A stretch of DNA of 40,490 nucleotides from Kudoa neothunni (lineage: Eukaryota > Animalia > Cnidaria): positions 9,120,192-9,160,681 of the forward strand of contig OZ199840.1 of the NCBI GenBank assembly GCA_964304625.1, written 5' to 3'. Position numbers and translations under genes: made by a program. Under the pieces are notes generated by a model. It was not told the DNA's origin and ran no database searches. It saw only the letters and a program-made list of their open reading frames with translations. Shown in pieces: positions 25,701 through 40,282 of this stretch; the first letter of the stretch is position 1, and every line of letters begins with the position of its first letter.

Positions 25701-27461
25701 TTGAACTAATCTAGTATTCATAACAGTCAATATTAGGTATAATTTTTTCGTGTATATTATTAAAAATCACTTCACATTTAAGTAAACATTTATTTCAATT
25801 TTAACGGAGTTTTAGATTATCTTTGTCTAAAACTTACTTTTACGTTGTTTCTTTTTGCGACTTCTCCTATTCTATGAGGATAACTATTGTTTGGTTGTTG
25901 TTTACCATTCACAAGGAGGAATATTATTTTCATGGGAGTTTCGATTCGTTTTGAGTTATCGACGATTTCATTAAGCATAGTTGCCAGGGAAAAGTCAATA
26001 TTTCTATCCTTGGCAACTCCAAGGTCTTGAAAAAAACTTTCCCTAAGGAGATTGTTGAATGCGGCGATAATTTCCTTTTTGGGTCGTGTTAAAAGCTCAT
26101 CAGGGGCTTTTATCTACCAAAATAGGTGAGAGATTATTTTGGGAAATAAACAATTACAATGCCAAGACAACTTCGAAAATGTGCCAACTTGATAAACGAG
26201 TCAGCACTGAATAGATTTGCTAGTTGGTAGGAGAATCGCCTAATGAAAGGTTTATTTTTGAAATGAGAGTCTACAAGTATTCCAACGGATGCTCTACCAG
26301 CTTCTATAAACAGTAGTTAGATAGGATATGTGGGTTGAATCAATATATAAAGTAATGTTTATATTGCAATTAATTTTAAAATAATACTCATATTGATTGG
26401 TGTGCGGAATAGTTTTTTCCAATTCCAACTGTTCGACAGTAATCCCTCTACACCGGATGGATCGTCAATGTAATCACGTTTGGAATTGGGGCTGTTGCAA
26501 TGCATCGAACAATAATCCGACATCAATTTTCTTTCTTCAAAAAACCTTTTCAAATTCTAATTTCTGGTCAGCTCATTATGATACTACCTCTGCTGAAGTG
26601 TTGACTGAAACATTGAGGGAGAACACTTGATGACGTGTATCGCATTCCTTTCTTTCAATGATTGTAAGTAGTCGATATGCTGGTTGATTTCCTGCTGTTT
26701 TTTATCGGTACAAAATTCACATTCATCGCCTTCATGGTTGCTGTTTATTGAACTTTGGTTGTAGACCTTATTCTCGAGTAACATATGAGCCTCGTCGTCT
26801 TGAAAATAATTTTATATTGGAAAAATTAAAATTTAAAAGTATGGCCATTGCCGCCAACGTGTCAATCAAAACAATACCATTAATATATTTTAGAATGCGG
26901 TATTTTTTGAATAAAGCATATTCATCAATGAAGCAGGATTGGGATGGAATATTTTTTGGGAACTCATATAAATTTGGTGAAGTGCCAAAATGAGTCTGAG
27001 ACTTTTTAAAATTGGTCTGGCCTGATGAGTAAAGTTCATTTTGAGCATTAAACAAACCTCCTTCTTGTTTGTTGATATCTGAAGATTACCGCTTTTTAGA
27101 AAGTACGTATACAATTAACTATGTATTACTTTTATCTACACCTTGGGAATCGGTGATATAGTTTGCTTGTTGGATGCTAGGTGTAGGAGCATAGATTTTA
27201 AAATTTGCAGTGGAATATGGAAGTGATCTTTGGGAATTAAAAATTTCGTTATCTGAGGCCTGAAACAGCTAAAATTAAATATGAATTTTTAAAATAACAA
27301 GCAAACCGATACATGCTGATCATTTGGTGTACATTCGTCTATATTTTTACGTTTTATTTTTTTACATTTTAACATGACTTCAAAATACTTTGTTCAAGTT
27401 GTAGAATCCATAAAATGTAAAAACAATTTAGGATGCCTAAAGTTGTACATTTTCTTCTCAT
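16762..27461 (-). CDS. Giant secreted protein, ~1,900 aa, ~21 exons: putative signal peptide, Cys-containing N-terminal region, five degenerate VWA domains and very Arg-rich segments
   Basis: All exons join in frame via GT-AG introns from MRRKCTTLGILNCFYILWILQL (27461) to RRTRSITSR* (16762). Two long introns: 23373-25837 (splits KIIFLLVNG...AKRNNVK|IYIIQFGDNYD) and 18567-20148. VWA-pattern strands: VGILVDS, SIFLVDS, TVVLVDR, AAFLIDT, VIVAVDIS; PKVLLVFMRGKS...KSGVRVFAF; KNFGVTIVTVGIGHNFNQLELSNMASS. Confidence 0.82.
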
Positions 27462-30400
27462 AACAAGAGCGTATCTATAAAGTAAGCCGCTGGTTAATCT
27501 TGTACAAGATTTTTTTAGAAAAACTTTACCAATTATTTTATATAGCAATGTTGTTGTCAAATATTGTATAGATGCTGTCGAGTGATGATCTACCAGGAAA
27601 TTTTGAAAGAATTTGACGCCTCTTTAACTATTCAATCTTGTTTGTATAAATAACTTAGCAATGGTGCCATAATATGATAGACTATTTTTATTTGTCAAAA
27701 ATATAATTCGAATTGAATTGCTCCAATTATCACTACTGGATGGTTCAGACATAGAAATAACAGAAAACCTTTTAGAAAAGATGATTTTTTATACTAAGAA
27801 CTAAATGTATCGTTGTTATTATCTTCAATCTTATTTTCTAAGTGCTCTCTTACTATCTCCATAAAATTTCAAACTTTAATAACTTTCTCCTTATAAGATT
27901 TTTATTAATTCTTTATTATGAACGTAGCCGTTCATTCAAATTTAGTTAGTTTCCAACATTTAGTTATATTTGTTTAGAAATAATCATAAAAAAAATGTTG
28001 AATTTTACTCTTAACAACTGATCTAACATTAAAAAACTGTTCTATTTCCTGTTTATATCAACATGGATTATCACTGCAAAAGTATTGCGATATCTCGTCT
28101 TGATTCGATGTAAAATAACTTTTACGTCAATTAATTCTAAAATCCTACGAAAATTATAATTCTGAGTTTGTAGAATCAAGTAATAGTTGTTTATGAAACT
28201 TCAAATGTATAATAAAACCAGCAGGTGGTCATCATTCTCTGTATTATTTAGCAGTTTAAATAAATATTATTACTTCTACTTTAACGTCTAATTATTTATT
28301 ACTGTTATAATCCTTATATACAGTCGGTGACCAGTTACACGAACTTTTTTCGATTATTTCATGTTTATTATTTAGTGAAGTCAATATTCAATGCCAAAAA
28401 ACTGCCACCGTATCAAATTTTCAAATATCTATTATCTCTACTCCTAATGGCATCCTAAAGATGAAAAATAAAATAATCAAAACCTATAAATGTTTGAAGA
28501 ATCTAAAAATAAAAATTATTGGCATCTCTATTTGAACCCATAAATAAAATGTACTATGCCTTTTTAACTATTTTTTAAACCCAGTTATGGAACTCGACGT
28601 CGAATTACGAGACGAGAGTTTAGAGTTCATTAACTAAAGAATTCCTTTGAAAATATTATTAAGTAAAAATTCATGATTTTTGAGGTCTGATCAAAAAATA
28701 TCTTCTGGGACTTAGATTTTAAATACTACTTAAATTATATTCTTCCATATAAGTTTTATTATGAGTCAAAAGCAGAATCAATTTAGAATGAAAATGCTAC
28801 TGGACTGAGTACTCAAGATCTTGTTTACTTTCTTACCAAAAATCTAGATTTCCATTTATTACTGACGAAGTAGATATTTCAAAGGTTTTTAAGCATCGCA
28901 AAATTTATGCTTTTACAAATATTTGAAGTGATGCTTCTTGAAAATGCCAATGAAGGAAACCCCCATTCCATTATACCCCTCAAAGAGACTTACCAATATT
29001 ATTGCTGAAGATAAGGATTTAAATTTGGAGAGTGAATAGATAGAACTTAGCCTGTAAAATAGCGGAAATTTCATTAAAAATCCCCCAAGGAATATTGGTA
29101 TGCGGTCACAAATAAAAGAGGAGAAATATTTAAGTATCGAATACTGTCAAAATTAATGCTGTGTTTACTTGCTTTGTCTCATTCGTCTGGATCTGCTGAC
29201 AGATTATTTTCATTACAGAATAAGAAACGTTAACAAACAGATTTCCATTGGAAGATGATACAGTAAATGCTCTTCTATATCCGAATGTTTAATGAGGGAC
29301 GCTAGTCGCATGAGATGGAATTCATCTGACGAATTAATTAAAATGCTGGAAAAAATAAACTCTATATGATGAGGAGGAGGAGGAGGAGGACAGTGAAACT
29401 GAATTAACATTTTGATGTATAAATAGATCGTGTCAACTATTTTTTCTGTTTCGATTAGTTTACGATTGCTTGAATTATATTTTTTGTATTATTTTTAAAA
29501 TATGATACATTTTTTAAAATTTTAATACGATTTACAAAAATCGTCTGACAATCCTGACTGTAATAAGTGTAGTTACATTGGACTTCCAACTATTATATTC
29601 AACCATGACGTTGGAGTTTTACTTTTATTATACTTAGAAAATAGTAAAGACGTTCTATAACGTTTTTACTTGCATAGGCCGGGTAACTATCACGTGATGT
29701 TGACACGGGAGATTAATGATTAATCCTGGGGGAAAATTTTTATTTTGTTCCGCGTTTAATTGGCACGAAATTAATTCATTATTTATTACATAGATTCAAA
29801 CTGGAGTTATTATATTTTCTTTAAATGCACCACTGTTCCCAAATTTTTGAATAATGGATTAATCGACTGGTTGGTTATAAGTTATAACGATTAATACGTC
29901 ATAGCAGATATAAGACATTTCAATTCCTAGATTAAAACAAAGTCCAATTTAAAGTGAAGCAATGTTTTCTTATACTTTTACGATTATTGAAAGGACAGTA
30001 TTGCAAACAAAGTTATACGTTTAATCCCTTCGTCGATGATTTTACCAAAGCTATAAATAAATCATCGTAACTCAGTGTAATTAATCTAAGCGGAGTAAGG
30101 TTCTACCTGGGTGAAGCCCATTATTGTGGAATATTACCGGAGTGTTAGAATGCTGGGTTTCAGTTATTTCCGTACTCGCAAATTACCAAAAATTAATTAA
30201 AATTTCGAGACCGAGAGGATCATCCGAATTGTTTCTAGGATTAACCAAAAAAGTATTCATCAATATCTACTATATAAATATGAATTATATAAATTAGCGC
30301 AAACTTCAATATTTTGATCATGATGAGGAATATTTTATATTGAAATATCTCTTGAAGCCATTTAAAAATATAGTAATCCTTAAAATTACCACATAGAAAT

Positions 30401-31004
30401 GTATATATACTCCTATATATACAGGAAACATACGTTACAAAGTAGAAAACTTTGAATATAATAGTTATGTTTATTAAAAAAATAAAAACCTGATCATATT
30501 TATGACTCATATTTAACTAAAAATAAATTATAATTAATGGTGTCTACTAGGCGGTAATTTACTAACATTTTATTGTTTGCACCATTTTTTATTTCATTAA
30601 ATTATCCGGTTACAAAAATGTTTATTGCAACAAAAATTGATAATTAATTTTTTTTATTAATTTTAGATCTATCAGAATTAAAAACTTGACTGTAGCGTCA
30701 CTATAAAAATTTAGCGACAAAATTTGTATGATAAAATGATTATAACTATTTTAATGATTAAAATAAATTGTCGAAAAAAATTTATAAACTACAAAACAAT
30801 TATTCAATTGTATTAGTATATTTGAAAGTTAACAGAAATTATTTTAATATGATAAAGAGCATAGTTTGTAAATCAACGTGAAAAGCTTATTTGAATTGTT
30901 GACCGATATCGCAAAATATTGATAACAAAAAAGTATCAAAATTATTTTTAAGATTCAAGCTGAACTTAGAGGTTAATACTTAAGCTATAAAATGGGGTTT
31001 CATT

Positions 31005-31460
31005 GGTTTTTGGCAATTTAGCGAAAATTTAACGAGCGCCGACGATGTTGTATTAAGGATTTATTAGTCGAATTAGAAGTTATGATAATTAGCCGAATCT
31101 TTGCCATTTTTTTGCATTTATTTTATTATAAACAATCACAACAGCGTAGACGAGAAAAATAATTAAGAATGTTTGTAAGATGCCTAATCCAGCTCTATTA
31201 CCTAATCTAAACCCATTTTCTTCAATTTTAACAAACATCTGCTGATCTGAGTTCATTAACCTCAAAAATTGGAAACTATTTTTAATTATTTTATTTAAAA
31301 TATTTATTATAAACATGGTACAACTAAAGTTTACTAAATCCCAAACATTAATTCGCGCCTGTGACCCAATAGATATAATCCACAATATCCACAATATGGT
31401 ACATAAAACATCGCGATCTCGCGATCCTGGGGGAAAATTATATCGATTCTCGACTAATCA
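31005..31460 (-). pseudogene. Second copy of unknown repeated ORF; ends in a hydrophobic segment plus short basic tail
   Basis: Homologous to 9540-9980(+). It has an ATTGTGGAT tandem duplication/frame disruption near 31380-31396 and a TM-like segment ILQTFLIIFLVYAVVIVY. Confidence 0.55.
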
Positions 31461-32039
31461 AATAAAGTCTCGACTGTGTAATCGATTTTTAAACATTAAA
31501 AAATTACTTAGTACTGACTGCAGCCAGAGATAACTACAACAAATTGTTAGTTCAATTCATTAATGAATATATTCATAAAAGTGATTAATACACCATCACA
31601 CATTAACGAAATATATCTAGGATGAATAAGTTCCAACCCATGCAAAGCGTATTATTCAGGGATAATTAAATATTTTATTTTTACTTAAAATGACGATAAA
31701 AAATAACGATATCGTAAAAAAATGGTGAGTTTAGTGCATTAACATGTTAATTGAGAGGATAAAATTATTCTTCGTTTGATTAGTAAAATCTCCTAAAATG
31801 AATAAGTCCACTCTTGGGAGAAAATCTTGTTTTCACATAATCATCAGTAAATTGCGAATAACTCATATTCTCATAGTTTGTGAGACAATATTTAATGATT
31901 TAATTTATTTTATAATAATTTTAATTTTTTTCTAAGAATTATAAAATTGTAATTATATTATATCAATTAATAATTACTTTGATATATACGTAATAGTAGA
32001 CTTTGTAATAAAGTTTGTTGTCACTTTTGTTCACGTTAA

Positions 32040-32760
32040 TGAATCGGTTTGTATACGCTCTAGATTTTGAAGCCTTAGAGATGTTGAACCATGGGAGAAA
32101 ATGAAAAATCCACTTTGAATGAAGATCTTTTAATCATAAGCGGAACTTAGATTATTACTTCATTAAATAAGTCAACAACGCAATATGTGTTATGTGCACC
32201 AATACCATCGCAATGCTCAATGAATCCAATAATCCTGGACATTATAGAACGAAACATTTATTCGAATATTCAACCTACTCAGGAATAGTACGTACTGAAA
32301 TATATTAGATCTTAAACGATGGCTTTTTGTCTAAAAAAGTAATCTTCACAAAACATTAAACGAAAACGACGCAACGACGATAGCCAGACTTTATGTGGTC
32401 GCGGAGTGACACCGACTTATGGATGTGTCCCTTGTACAAAAAAAGTTTGGGACCCTCGGCTTATTTAATTCAAAATTCAAAGGATAATTATTAAACATTA
32501 TATTTTTATGTCAATATGGAGGAGTGTTATTGTGATATAATGACCTCAAAAAATAGTCAACGAAAATGTTGAAGACGATTCAAAAATATGATCAGATGGT
32601 TGGACTGGATATAATCGATTGGCAGATTTAGGTTTTGTTCATAAAGGAGATTTTTCGAATTATCGCGCCCTTACTAATTGAATCGAATCCAATCGAACAT
32701 GCTGGGGAGTCTTCAAATGCAAATACAAACACGCGATCAATTAAAGTCTTATAAGTTTGT
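32040..32760 (+). mobile_element. Highly decayed Tc1/IS630-superfamily transposase remnant
   Basis: Near 32660-32710, ...RPY*...ESNPIEHAG resembles the LPPYSPELNPIE.W motif, and a degraded IVMDN-like segment lies near 32525. Multiple stops and frameshifts; boundaries are approximate. Confidence 0.5.
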
Positions 32761-33795
32761 CAACATATATATATATATATATCATTTTTTATTGATATTT
32801 AAATATAAAAATAAGGAATTGAATATTATATATAAATTTTAAACGATTTTATGCTCAAATTAAAATTATGTCCGATTTTCTCCGAACGTTATTACGCCTC
32901 AATCTGCCCAAAAGTAATGAAAATAACAAAGATTATACGAACTCCCCCTTTTTGAAAAATAATTAAAATAAAATTTCTGATTTCTTTGAGTTTTAAAATT
33001 TTATTTTTTCGTTTAAATTACAATAATTGTAACTCTGATAAAGCTAATATTAAGTTATCGGTTAAATTCGGCGTTAAAAATAGTTCATTATAATTTTTTG
33101 GAAATATTTATTTCTTAAAATAAGAAATTAAAGCGGTTATTAGTTAATGAATTAATTAAATTCTGTGTATTAAACGCATATTACAAATCCAACACAAACA
33201 AAGGATTAACAAAATAATTTCCATCAAAATAAAACCAAATAATCAACTTTAGGATATTGTAGGTTATAAATGAGTCATTATAATTCATTTAACCTGCGCC
33301 TAAGCGAATTCTGTAAGAAATGACGCAACGTGAAAATTTAACCTCAGCTAAGAAGGTATTTACACACATTGCATTAATACGTCTTAATCATCCGGCAGAA
33401 AATATGCACAAATATCATAAAATAATTTATATCACAAAGTATGATATTATTATGTAAAACTTTCTTACCATGATTGATCATATTTTTTGAGACCTCATAG
33501 AAATCACGGAACTAAAGCAACCTGGTTTATTCTTAAACTTCAGTATCCATCGAAAACATAACTCTGGTTAATCACTGAATTAGATTTTTCGTAAGATAAA
33601 TTTAGTTTATTTGTACTAAAATATAATTAAACTAATCCAATATCCCTCCAGCGGACTTAGTTTTAATTCGGCGACATCCCAACGACAATCGATTAAGGAT
33701 TCTTATTATGCTATGCACAAACACAGTGATACCGCACTAACAAATAACTATTTTGCTGGGCTCTCAATTTTGAGTCTTGAAAGTGGCCTAGAATA

Positions 33796-36248
33796 ATGAT
33801 ACCAATAGGAAACTTTGTTTTGCATTTTTTGGTATGGTTCAAAGTGTTATCAAAAATAAAGACAGTAAAAATAGGTGACTACCAAGGTAATAAACTTTCT
33901 TATATATATTTGATTTCATTGAAGTTTTTCCGATAGAAATTGTTGAATTTGAACCCTACATACCCTCTAAAAGAGTGTGTGTATATGAAGCTGTTCTAAC
34001 GTTCAACTATAGAGTGCAATGGATGATCAATAGGAATATGTTACCCGCGTTAGTAGATCGATATGAAGTTGTTGTGAGGTGGCATGATAAAATTTATATT
34101 TTGTGCCAAATTCAAAAAGAAACTATGGTAGAAGAGAATGCATTTGAAAATATTAATTTTAACTTCACGTGCGAATCGAACGCTCTCCAAATTAGTCTCA
34201 AGCCTCAATCGCTGGATGAGCTCACAATTTGCATCAAGATAGGTCAGGGATATAGCTGTCATGCAACCTACAAATTCAGTGGTGAATAAATCTACATAAA
34301 TACCAATTAATTCAATCTAATATTAATTAGAAAATGAAACTCAATGTCAACAACCAACTCTCAATTTTTACAATATTTTAAGTAGGCCCTATTTGAGATG
34401 CATTCTTGCGGACGAAGAATCATATTCCGATGATCTCACCTATCGAATTTTCAATGTTTACAATGTAAATGATGTGAGCTACGGTGAGTATATTGATTTA
34501 TCAAAAAATGTCGACACTTACGCCGAAAGTGAAGCATTTGACTGGTTGTGTGATGTGATGAACGGAAACTTGACAGTGGGTAGAGCGTTAAACTCCTACA
34601 ACACTAGCAATCACTCGAGATATAATACCAAAAAATATTTATTGCACCGTCTTCTTTATTGTAACTAAATTACTGACTTTATGTTGTTTTTTAGTGCCAT
34701 TTAGGTTATTTGCCGATATTAGCCAGTTGTATATTGGTTTTTTTGATTTCAATAATGCTTGTGGTTGCTGGTAAAAAGTACAGTTCTAATAAAAAATATC
34801 TCTCAACTGCTAAATCTTCGAAAAATGAACATACCTCGAGTATTGCCATTATTTGATAGTGATATCTCTTAATTTAACGTCATTAAAGCTGCGACTGTAA
34901 ACCAACTAGATGAAACAATACAAAAATGGCAGTCCTTTAGACATGATCAACTAAGAACACGCTTAACACTAGACAAAGAAACAAAACATCCAATAAATAT
35001 GTAATTTTATGTCTAGAAAATTAGTTGGATTTATTTGATCAATATATTTGTTTTTGGAAGAAAATACAAGGAACTTTGTGGTGCAAACTACGTTATTAAC
35101 TACGATAATGGAGATCTATCGGCGAATCATAATCAGAACTCTCTGCATCAACATTCTGTGGAGTGTATAGGTCGAAAATTGGAGAATGAAAGTATTCGAT
35201 TCAACTGCAACTACTTTAACCTAACACCAATTGGATTGGATTCTCAATATCTGTTAACGTCGGTAAATCACACTCCTTCATCTGAGATGAAGCAGCACGT
35301 TGAACTGGGGTTATCATATCAAGATATGGATTTTGAATTAACACCAATGTATTTGTTAATTATGCTATGCTACGCTTCTTTGCATTATAATTTCTTAATC
35401 ATGCAATAATAAAGTTCTCCATTTATCATTTAATTTTTATAGACATTTTAATATTGTTTCTATAGTAAAAATACTTCTTAGATATAATCTAATATTATTT
35501 AATAAAAATATTATTTTTGATAAAATTAAAATAATCAATTTATAATTTTATGAAACTAATAATATAGTTAATTAAATTTTAATTATGATTTTTAATATTA
35601 ATTTTGTTTAGAAAGCAGCAGATTTTATGGTGCACAGTTATGTACGAAAATTGTACACCAATGGTAGGTGTTGAACTAATAATATTTTATTTCAATAATT
35701 AATAGTCAGTGCTATTAATAATTATTTGAATGTAGGTATATACACCTACATCATCCTCGACCTCATGTATAAAATTGATTCCCAACGAAACAACCAATAT
35801 AAAGGAAGATGGGTCGTCTTCTAATAGCAGCGGCGGCCCCTGCTTTCACTCCTACTCCACAAGGGGTAATCTCATAGTGAACAATTCGCACGTATTCGAG
35901 AAACTATTTCTCTCATCCTATCACATCAACAGGTGATAGATCGTATTTTCGGATAGAATTTTGATTATCTAACTACCCTCGTAGATATTACGAACCCATC
36001 ACAGAGTATACCAAACTTTACACTGGAGTTTCGCTGTTCCAACGCCAACCTCTCCCTCATTCAATCATGTGGGGAGATCAACTGATCGAAAGTCCCTTAG
36101 CAGTAACAACAATGTTTTATTATATCTTGTCCAACTATCAATCATTTGAAAATTCCCCAGTGGTTTCGACAACGTTTGTGTTGGTGGATCAAAGTGTACG
36201 AAAAATATTACATATCAGATTAATTGTGAAGCACTCTTTGATCCATAA
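33796..36248 (+). CDS. Single-pass type I membrane protein with divergent FN3-like ectodomain and long Tyr-rich cytoplasmic region (~10 exons)
   Basis: Frame-consistent exons. Hydrophobic N-terminus MIPIGNFVLHFLVWF. RVQW...VDRYEVVVRW...ISLKPQSLDELTICIKIGQGYS resembles FN3 strands. TM LPILASCILVFLISIMLVVA is followed by GKK, and further exons run through 35409, ~35611-35663, ~35737-35932 and ~35986 onward. The phase of the last exon is ambiguous. Confidence 0.65.
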
Positions 36249-36446
36249 TTGATACGTTTCGGCTGCGGTTGTTCATTAATTGCAAATTTTTTTATCACAT
36301 TTTATTATTTTGTCTCATGTTGTTGTTTTTCGTGTTCGGTGAGTTTTTATTTGTGTGAGAGTACGTAAGGGAGTAGTTTCCATGGAGATGAACATCACTA
36401 AAATTATGCACCGTTTTCGAACGACGTCACTGCAACCTTAAACAAA

Positions 36447-37949
36447 ATGTATACGAAGGGGGGATTTGACTTGGACAGATTGAAGAGGAAGTTTGTACTG
36501 AAAAAGGAGGAAGGGAATTTTGGATTTTCATTGGTGTGCAACTCGAAACGCTTGGGAAATTACATTAAAGATGTTGTACCAGGGTCAGTGGCAGAAAAGG
36601 CTGGAATCAAAGTGATTAACGACTTTGATTAGCAGTTTGACACATACATGAATAAATTAAAACTCTCTATTGGTTTAGTAATGATCATAATTATTGAAAT
36701 TATTAATTTAGCCTGGCGACCGAGTGATACAAATAGGCGATACAAATATAATTGGATTCCAACCGATTGAAATAGTAAAGCTGCTGTCCAACTGTGAGAA
36801 TCTACTGGAGTTGTACGCGGTGGAGGAGAAATTTTATAAGGTCTATCTAAAGCAGAGCGAATATCCGCAAATATCATCTCCAACGTTTGACGAGAAGAAT
36901 ATCGATGGTTCCGTGTTTGTTAGGTCATCGGACGAGCAGTTATCTACCACATCGACAGCAGTGGCAGCAGCGGCTGCGATAAACCAAGCTAAAATGTACG
37001 ATTTTGAGGCTGCGGCTATTGATGCGGCTGCTTCCACAGTCACTACTCCCAATCATGAAACCTATCGTACGTTACATGTAATTATTTTTGTCGGATGGGT
37101 TATTTTGCATTAAGAACTGAATAATAATCTTTTTAAATGTAGGCAGCATCCGAAAAATCACCCTATCAAAAAAAGGATATTCTTTTCAGTGCCTGGAATC
37201 ATATTAAGAGTTGTTTCAAGGGCAACAAAAAGAGCTCCCGCTTCGGTTATTCTCACAGCGAAACCTATAACAGGAATGATGCCACTAGAACAATCAATTT
37301 TCCTACTCCAAAAGATGAAGCGGTCATGACAAACACTAAAGTTTCTGTGTCCTCCACTTTGTCAAATGAGTACGGCATATCCAACGTGAGAACAAAGAGT
37401 AACACAGCAGCCACTAAATCCTCTAAGAATTTCAACGCTACCAAATCCTCTAAAGCAAATAACAGCAAAATAAACTCTGCTCTACCCACCCAAACTAGCA
37501 CCTCAACAGAAGATATGACTGATCACAACAAACATCTGGCAGAAAAGTCGTTGGGGTACACACGACAACAAAACCAAAAACAAGGTGGTTTACCCCCCGG
37601 CATAAAAAAATCTCCACCTAATCAGAGTTGTATGTTTTTTTATAATTATAATTGCACTAAAATTATTTAAATGTATATATTAATATTTATTACATTTTTA
37701 ATATGTGCTAGTGATGGTTTTGTTAAATGATGATTGTTTAGACAGCGTATCAAAATCCAACACCACTAAAAGTCATCCCTTAGTAAGAGATTATTGTGGA
37801 GGAATGGGTTAATCGCGGCGGTAACTGTTTAGCATGATACCAACACCAAACGAAATGAAGTTGTAATTCAATTTGAACATCCCAAAATAATCGTCCTCAA
37901 TTCAACCGAAAGTAAGTTCCCACTCTGTTTAATCTTAATAGACCATTAA
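36447..37949 (+). CDS. NHERF/PDZK1-like single PDZ domain protein with low-complexity Ala/Ser/Thr/Asn tail
   Basis: LKKEEGNFGFSL...GNYIKDVVPGSVAEKAGIK|PGDRVIQIGDTNI...EIVKLL...LELYAVEE is a full PDZ domain across the intron ~36612-36711. Later exons join in frame. The stop is 37949 if two last small introns are used, otherwise 37812. Confidence 0.8.
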
Positions 37950-38213
37950 TTCACATCGATTTCACTTAGGAGACATTGAAGTTTGACATACGCCGCCACA
38001 ATCTATTGGAACTATTTATTTTTCAATATTGGACAATAGTTGGAGCATATTATAATAATTGCTGCTGTTTCAATTAGATTTGTAGCATGCATATCAACCT
38101 GAGTAAAATCACAGTAAAAAATACATTAATAATAAATTATGGAATAAAATAAAAAATATATACTGATCATAAATTAAGGGAATAAAGTCAAGTTAAATTG
38201 AAAAAATAAAAAA

Positions 38214-40282
<2,069 letters not shown>

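Noticed and set aside
31089-31394. Tc1 transposase assignment for the duplicated ORF (NVW..., MNS...EEN...GLG)
   Set aside because: The resemblance is superficial; the expected QDN..H and SPDLNPIE motifs are absent.
19883-32782. Short (AT)n tracts at ~19883, ~23398 and ~32764
   Set aside because: These are ordinary microsatellites in an AT-rich genome.
35611-35760. SMAD MH2-like start (ILWCTVMYE) in the receptor tail
   Set aside because: Only a few residues match, and downstream MH2 motifs are not visible.
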